This document shows, piece by piece, positions 58,565 through 64,000 of a stretch of DNA of 64,000 nucleotides. Source of the DNA: a virus; IMG/VR virus record IMGVR_UViG_3300020424_000652; one strand, given 5' to 3'. The first letter of the stretch is position 1. Each line of letters starts with the position of its first letter. A program made the translations under genes and the position numbers. Under the pieces are notes generated by a model, which saw only the letters and a list, made by a program, of their open reading frames with translations, was not told the DNA's origin and did no database searches.

Positions 58565-58987
58565 TTATTTTGCCTTGAGTGCTTCTTTAAGTAATTTAGA
58601 TCCGCCTACTCTCACGTTTATTATGCCATTGTAGTATTCATCTGTTTCTAACACTCTACGTTCAAACTGTTCTCTTGCCTCTAAGTAACTTGCTACGCCT
58701 CTGCTTGGACAATAATGTAATATTTCTCTTGTGAATTTTTCTTCGCCTAGTTTTTCTACGTCTGATTGCAAATGATCTGATGATCCCCAGTAGTCACGCC
58801 AGTCACTTTCAACTTTGCTTCTACGTTTGTTTATCTTACCCTTGAGAGGTGGGCGTGTCTTTCTGAATTTTGCTAGTTTTTTGCCGACATATTTCATACC
58901 GTTGGTTGTATTTGTGATCAAATACACAAATGCTTCACAGTCTTCAGGTAAGTTTTCTACGGTTTTTCCTTGATATGTCCAGTGCAT
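58565..58987 (-). CDS. Stand-alone GIY-YIG family nuclease domain protein
   Basis: AFVYLITNTTNGMKYVGKK (GIY...YIG variant), YWGSS, FTREIL, conserved Glu in YLEARE, YYNG. No C-terminal DNA-binding domain. Confidence 0.8.
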   Translation of the reverse strand: MHWTYQGKTVENLPEDCEAFVYLITNTTNGMKYVGKKLAKFRKTRPPLKGKINKRRSKVESDWRDYWGSSDHLQSDVEKLGEEKFTREILHYCPSRGVASYLEAREQFERRVLETDEYYNGIINVRVGGSKLLKEALKAK

Positions 58988-59004
58988 TATAAAGATACTT
59001 ACAC

Positions 59005-59205
59005 TTAATCTTTATTTGGATCTTCTTTTTTGGCTTTGTAGTCGTCTATTATTTCTTTTCTTCGGTCAGTAGCAAGTCTACGTATCTCGCTTAACCATTT
59101 TCTAGCAGAACGTTTAGTGCGTTCGCTCTTGCGTATTTCCCAGGCTTCGTTAGCCTTATAGTATTCTAGATATGCTTTTGTTAACTTGTCGTGTGTATCG
59201 TCCAT
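59005..59205 (-). CDS. Small basic helical protein (possibly nucleic-acid binding)
   Basis: 66 aa, RKSERTKRSARKWLSEIRRL; TAATG-coupled to gp46. Confidence 0.6.
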   Translation of the reverse strand: MDDTHDKLTKAYLEYYKANEAWEIRKSERTKRSARKWLSEIRRLATDRRKEIIDDYKAKKEDPNKD

Positions 59206-60977
59206 TATGTCATTACCTCTACATCATTATCGTATGATGTAAATCCATTTTCTTTGATTACTTTCAACACGTTTGTAACACGACTTGCTAATTCTTCTTT
59301 GTGTGATATCAAATAAATGTTCTTTTGACGTTCTCTACCCATTTTCTTCAATACAGCAATAGCATTTTCTACACCATTTGCATCCATACCACTATCAACC
59401 AATTCATCAATAAACAATAGGTTGATGTTTTGATACAAACTTTCCCACACATCTCTAAATGCCCAACTCAATCCTAGTATTAATCTGTTTCTTTCACCTC
59501 TTGACAAGTTATCAAAGTCTAAATCTTGTCCTAGTTGTGTGATTTCAACAGTTAGATCATTTTTAAACACCACTGTGTGTGGAAGTTGTAGTCTATCCAA
59601 ATAATGTGTAAGTCTATTGTTTAGATATGCTAGATTTTGATCAATAATCTTCTTTCTAATGAAAGAATCTTTGTTTGTCAACAGCTTGTATAAAAAGTCT
59701 TGGTGATCCTTTGTGTCATTTAATTCATTAACGACATCCCAGTTTACTTCTTGTATTGCAGTTTTTTCTAAATCATCAATTTGTTCTGTGTATGGATCAA
59801 GTTCATCAGTCTTTTCTTTTAAACTTTGTTTCAAACTGTCAACGTTGCTTCTGTGTTGATATGCTTCTTTGGCAGTTTCATAAAATGTATTTGGCTTACT
59901 GTCAAGTTCGCCTATGTCTTCAATAAGTTTTTCAACCTTTTGCATTTTTTCAGCCATGCTTGTTTGATAAACGTGTGCATCACCATAATCTTTTTGCAGT
60001 TTATCTTTCATTTCTTCAAGTTTGTCATCATGCAAGTCTTGACCACAAGCATAACATTTCGCAGTTTCTAGTTCATCAAGTTGTTTACCAAGTTTGTTTA
60101 CATTATTATCAGCTTGTTCTAATGCACGTTCAACAGTTGCACGTTCTTTTCTTAAATTAGTAAGATGTTTACTGTTTTCTTCCCAAGTTTTAAGTTTTTC
60201 ATGATCTTCAAGTTCACTATCTATGTCAAGTTGCTCTAATTCACGTATTGCTTTTTCTAGTTTATCTCTGTCTTGTTTGTTTTGTGCAATCCAAGCCTTT
60301 TTTCTGCTGTGCAATCTTTCAATATTTTCTTTGATCTTATCATTGCTGTTTGTGATTGCTTGTATTCTTGCGTTTTCTTCTGTAAGTTTATCTCTTGTTA
60401 TTTTTGTTGCCTCTCTTAATAGATCAGCTTTTTCAGAAAGAATTGTAATACCAAGTAATTGTTCTATTATAGCACGTTGATCGTTTGGCTTTAGTGCTAA
60501 AAAGGGCTCTGTGTAAGTATTAAGTGCCACAATATGCTTGAACATATCATGACTCATACCTAACAAGTCATTTATATCGCCTTGTGTTTTACGTGAATCA
60601 CCTTGGCTTTCATCTGTAAGTTCTTGTTCTTTTTGATCTATGTAAAATTTAAGTGTGTTAGGTTTACGTCCTCTTTCTATTCTATAATCTTTGCCATTTT
60701 TAGTAAATGCAAGAGTAACTAACATACCTTTGTTGTTTGTTTTGTTTACAAGATTATCACGTCTAATGTTTGTAAGTGCTTGTCCGTAAAGTGCATAACT
60801 CAAAGCATTAATAATTGTTGTTTTACCTGTACCGTTACGTGATCCACTGTCGTCTCCACCTTGATCTAAGTTTTCACCTAACACCAATGTAAGTTGTTGC
60901 TTGTTGAAATCTACTGCCTGTGTTGTGTTACCAACACTCATAAAATTTTTAACTGTCAAATCTTGTATTCTAATCAT
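59205..60977 (-). CDS. gp46: Recombination endonuclease ATPase subunit (gp46 / Rad50-SbcC)
   Basis: Walker A RNGTGKT, Zn-hook CYAC, signature LSRGE, Walker B LLFIDE, ISH. Confidence 0.95.
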   Translation of the reverse strand: MIRIQDLTVKNFMSVGNTTQAVDFNKQQLTLVLGENLDQGGDDSGSRNGTGKTTIINALSYALYGQALTNIRRDNLVNKTNNKGMLVTLAFTKNGKDYRIERGRKPNTLKFYIDQKEQELTDESQGDSRKTQGDINDLLGMSHDMFKHIVALNTYTEPFLALKPNDQRAIIEQLLGITILSEKADLLREATKITRDKLTEENARIQAITNSNDKIKENIERLHSRKKAWIAQNKQDRDKLEKAIRELEQLDIDSELEDHEKLKTWEENSKHLTNLRKERATVERALEQADNNVNKLGKQLDELETAKCYACGQDLHDDKLEEMKDKLQKDYGDAHVYQTSMAEKMQKVEKLIEDIGELDSKPNTFYETAKEAYQHRSNVDSLKQSLKEKTDELDPYTEQIDDLEKTAIQEVNWDVVNELNDTKDHQDFLYKLLTNKDSFIRKKIIDQNLAYLNNRLTHYLDRLQLPHTVVFKNDLTVEITQLGQDLDFDNLSRGERNRLILGLSWAFRDVWESLYQNINLLFIDELVDSGMDANGVENAIAVLKKMGRERQKNIYLISHKEELASRVTNVLKVIKENGFTSYDNDVEVMT

Positions 60978-61986
60978 CTTTGTTTAGGTCTCTATAAATT
61001 TGCAACAATTTACCTTTGTTAAATTGTTCTGATTCAATTGCTTCAATCTCTTTTGCAACTATTTCATCAACACTTTCAAACTTTGTAATGTCGATATCTG
61101 AATTCATTTCTTCTTCTTGTGTGTTTGGTATTAAACTTATCTCTCTACAGTTGTACTGATTGATAAAAGTTTCTTTTATGAAGTTTGCTTCTTCATAACT
61201 AATAGGCAAATCAAGTGTAACTCTTAGATACATCTTAGATTTTAGTATAGTTTCTTTTTCATCAAGCAGTCTTGATAATTTTATTGTTCTATACTTGGGA
61301 CAATTCCACCAATTGATGTACTGCGGTTCTCCACCATGTTCTAGTATCATCATACCACGTTCATCATCCCACGCATCTGCGTAATTGTGTGGCAATGCGT
61401 TACCAATGTAATGCACAGGACCTTTGACTTGGCGTTTGTGGAAGTGTCCACTGAACACATATTCTTGATGTTTAAAGTGATCTGCTTGTAATTCACCAGT
61501 GTCTGGCATCTGAACCATTGCATTCATGTAAAAGTTAGGAAGTTCAAAGTGTCCAAAGATGTATTTGCTTTTTATTTTAGGAATCTTCTTCCATTCATCT
61601 CCAACCAACCACGGAATTAGTGTAACATCACCTTCTGTCATCATCTCATTTACCATTGTGATGCCTTCAATGTGTCTTGCAAAGTCTATGGAGTTGATAT
61701 CTCTTTTGTCTTTGTAGTATAAATCATGATTGCCAGGAAAGAAATAAAATTTTTCAAAAGCCTTGCCTAGCTTTTCAAGACTTCTAATAGTTGCGTCCAT
61801 GGTCAGCATATTCAAACTGTTTCTGTTGTGATGCCAGTCGCCACAAAAGATACCAGTTTCGCAACCGTTTTCTTTGGCTTGTTCTATATACCAATCAATA
61901 AATTCTTCACAGTCATCATTGTGAATTTTTGAATTAGACTTCAATCCAAAATGGATGTCTGTAAATACTGCCGCTTTCTTAAACAA
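60970..61986 (-). CDS. gp47: Recombination endonuclease nuclease subunit (gp47 / Mre11-SbcD)
   Basis: DIHFG, GDWHH, GNHD, FGHFE, SGHFH metallophosphoesterase motifs; TTG start with GAGG SD. Confidence 0.95.
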   Translation of the reverse strand: MFKKAAVFTDIHFGLKSNSKIHNDDCEEFIDWYIEQAKENGCETGIFCGDWHHNRNSLNMLTMDATIRSLEKLGKAFEKFYFFPGNHDLYYKDKRDINSIDFARHIEGITMVNEMMTEGDVTLIPWLVGDEWKKIPKIKSKYIFGHFELPNFYMNAMVQMPDTGELQADHFKHQEYVFSGHFHKRQVKGPVHYIGNALPHNYADAWDDERGMMILEHGGEPQYINWWNCPKYRTIKLSRLLDEKETILKSKMYLRVTLDLPISYEEANFIKETFINQYNCREISLIPNTQEEEMNSDIDITKFESVDEIVAKEIEAIESEQFNKGKLLQIYRDLNKDD

Positions 61987-62008
61987 AATATTTCCTCGCG
62001 ATTATCAT

Positions 62009-62037
62009 AGTGTACACGAAATAAGTGTATTTGTCAA
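62009..62037 (-). promoter_or_regulatory. sigma70-type promoter of the gp47-gp46-GIY-YIG operon
   Basis: TTGACA-17 bp-TACACT. Confidence 0.7.
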
Positions 62038-62045
62038 ATACTTCC

Positions 62046-62876
62046 TTATTCTTTTTCTGTTGTTTTGTTTGCTTCTTTAACTTGTCTTTCCCAAGTGCCT
62101 TGGTTCTGTCTAGTAAAAGATGGATTCATGTGATTCATTTCTAGTATATCGTCACGTATGTTTTGATTACGTTTTTCAATATTAATGATTCTCACAAACG
62201 AATTTGTTACCGCCGCTGTGTAATATGCAAAAGGATTATTTGATTTTGATTCATCAAATTGCAAACCTATCTGTGTAAGTTGGAGAATAGCTTGTCCTTT
62301 CATTTCATCATTGTATGTGTAACCTCTAACGTTACCTCTTGTTGCATATCTTTCACACAACTTCATCCACATCAATGCAAGTTTGTTAGTTGCCATTCCG
62401 TGGCTTTTATTGAAGCTACCATTTGACATTCCGCCTTCCCAATGGCTTTTGCCCACACATATCAATTCATCTTTTTCATTGAATTTGAAATGTTGGAATG
62501 GTGGAAAGTTCAATTTTACCTTTGTATCAGCTACGTTTTTTGGATTTTTCTTTCTACCTTTTTCTTCTGGAATGTGATCATACGTCATAATTCGGAAAAC
62601 AACATCAGTTTTTGCTATTTTTCTGTAGTCTACGGCACAATCAGCCTGCTTGACACGTTCACCTGCTTCTTTCCTTTGCTCATATTCCTGCAAACCAAGC
62701 CGTTTTGCCTTGTTTCTTTTGGCATCTGCTATGGTTCTGATGTTTATTTTGTCTATACTTGGTAGGATTATGTCATAACGTGCAAAATCGTCGTCTGTGT
62801 AACTGCAAAACGTGTTCTTTGACTTATGTATCTCCGCCAGTATATCTCTGTTATTGAGATAGTTTACTCTCTTCAT
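62046..62876 (-). CDS. gp55: Late-transcription sigma factor (T4 gp55-like)
   Basis: NYLNNRDIL, GYTYNDEM, FDESKSNNPFAYYT...NSFVRIINIEK. ATG 62876 with a GGAG SD is preferred over TTG 62888. Confidence 0.85.
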   Translation of the reverse strand: MKRVNYLNNRDILAEIHKSKNTFCSYTDDDFARYDIILPSIDKINIRTIADAKRNKAKRLGLQEYEQRKEAGERVKQADCAVDYRKIAKTDVVFRIMTYDHIPEEKGRKKNPKNVADTKVKLNFPPFQHFKFNEKDELICVGKSHWEGGMSNGSFNKSHGMATNKLALMWMKLCERYATRGNVRGYTYNDEMKGQAILQLTQIGLQFDESKSNNPFAYYTAAVTNSFVRIINIEKRNQNIRDDILEMNHMNPSFTRQNQGTWERQVKEANKTTEKE

Positions 62877-62932
62877 TGTATTCTCCAAATATTCCGAGTT
62901 ATAGACGGGGATGTCTTAAGTAAATAAATATT

Positions 62933-62961
62933 ATTATAAACTACGCACATAACTTTGTCAA
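62933..62961 (-). promoter_or_regulatory. Perfect-consensus sigma70 promoter for gp55
   Basis: TTGACA-17 bp-TATAAT. Confidence 0.85.
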
Positions 62962-62988
62962 CTAAATATATGTAAGGAGTTAGCCAAA

Positions 62989-63945
62989 ATGACTACATTT
63001 AGAAACGGAAAAATATCAAAAGACAATATTGTTCGTGCAGATGGTTTCACTGACCGTGAACGTGCCAACGAATTTGATCTTGGTAACAAGCCAGTTGGAT
63101 CTGATCCATCAGCTAATGGTTTCTTTAACGGCAAAGACCCGTTTGTAAATGGAGTTAAGGACTTTTTCAATCCTAGTGAATTAGCAAAAAGTATACGCAG
63201 TAAAAATGCTCCTGTAGACGGTATAGGTAATGTACAAAAAGCTAAGGAATCTGCACCAGCAGGTTTCAAAAAATCAACGGAACAAGACTGGCGAGTAAAA
63301 TTAAGTATTCCCACTATTGAACCTTTTAAATCCTCTGCCTTGTTGGCGCCTTTAAGACACACTGGCGGTTTAGTTTTTCCATACACACCTTCAATCATTG
63401 TATCGCATAGTGCAAACTACAATGCTATTGCCCCTACACATACTAATTATCCTTACTATGCTTATCAAAACTCACAAGTGGATCAGTTGGTTATCACTGG
63501 CGACTTTTTTGTACAGAATGGATTAGAAGCACAATATTGGGTGGCGGCTTTACATTACTTAAGAAGTATGTCAAAGATGTTCTTTGGAGGAGAAGCTGAC
63601 ACAATTGGTGCACCTCCGCCTATAGCAAAACTAAACGGATATGGAGATCACATTTTCAATAACGTTCCTGTAATTGTAACACAGTTTACAACTGACTTGC
63701 CGCAAGACGTTGATTACATAGCAACAGGTTTTTCAACAGGCAAGGAACAAAAACGTCAAGTTGGTCCACAAGGAAGATACACAGAAACTTATTCCGACGG
63801 AAAACTTATGACAGGATGGGCACCTACACAATCATTAATTACTGTAACTGTACAACCAGTCTACTCAAGAAGCGAGATTGCACAGTTCAGCTTAAACAAA
63901 TATGTCAATGGTGGATACATTGCCGATGGTAAAGGATTTATTTAA
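62989..63945 (+). CDS. Baseplate / tail-tube initiator-like protein (gp48/gp54-like)
   Basis: DWRVKLS, GGLVFPYTP, HTNYP, GAPPP...LNGYG, VPVIVTQF...LPQDVDY; TAAATA and AAGGAG upstream. Confidence 0.55.
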   Translation: MTTFRNGKISKDNIVRADGFTDRERANEFDLGNKPVGSDPSANGFFNGKDPFVNGVKDFFNPSELAKSIRSKNAPVDGIGNVQKAKESAPAGFKKSTEQDWRVKLSIPTIEPFKSSALLAPLRHTGGLVFPYTPSIIVSHSANYNAIAPTHTNYPYYAYQNSQVDQLVITGDFFVQNGLEAQYWVAALHYLRSMSKMFFGGEADTIGAPPPIAKLNGYGDHIFNNVPVIVTQFTTDLPQDVDYIATGFSTGKEQKRQVGPQGRYTETYSDGKLMTGWAPTQSLITVTVQPVYSRSEIAQFSLNKYVNGGYIADGKGFI

Positions 63946-64000
63946 TGCCAAATTACAGAGAGTCAAGTCCTTATGCTGACACAAATTATAATGAGACTAA
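63945..64000 (+). CDS. Start of the next (probably baseplate) gene, truncated by the window end
   Basis: TAATG overlap; MPNYRESSPYADT... is open to the window end. Confidence 0.45.
   Translation, partial: MPNYRESSPYADTNYNET

Noticed and set aside
1-64000. CRISPR array, tRNA genes, integrase or transposase, alternative genetic code
   Set aside because: No regularly spaced repeat-spacer units, cloverleafs or mobile-element genes were seen. Genes are intact and densely packed under the standard code.

Overview
A 64 kb AT-rich segment of a large T4-superfamily myovirus genome, probably from an aquatic or marine phage (inferred from gene content). It carries the head module (portal gp20, acidic core protein, protease gp21, scaffold gp22, major capsid gp23) and tail/baseplate genes (gp15-like, tape-measure-like, gp26-like, gp48/54-like). 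About 35 kb encodes giant modular fibre or virion proteins, including three Cys/Gly-rich adhesin-like paralogues with two tail-fibre chaperones. Two sugar-modification clusters are present: HldE, HldD, cupin, aminotransferase and 2OG-Fe(II) oxygenase; and GT9-like, SGNH-like, carbamoyltransferase and methyltransferase. The right end holds the late sigma factor gp55, the gp47/gp46 recombination nuclease and a stand-alone GIY-YIG protein. The most notable signals not in the ORF track are: (1) a ~410-nt highly structured non-coding element directly downstream of the GIY-YIG gene; (2) a candidate -1 ribosomal frameshift fusing the gp26-like gene to a start-less downstream ORF; (3) a ~214-nt self-closing structured RNA with its own sigma70 promoter next to the capsid gene; (4) GC-GNA-GC DNA mini-hairpin repeats; and (5) a 21-aa membrane micro-ORF. 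All product calls come from motif recognition by eye. No database searches or folding programs were run.
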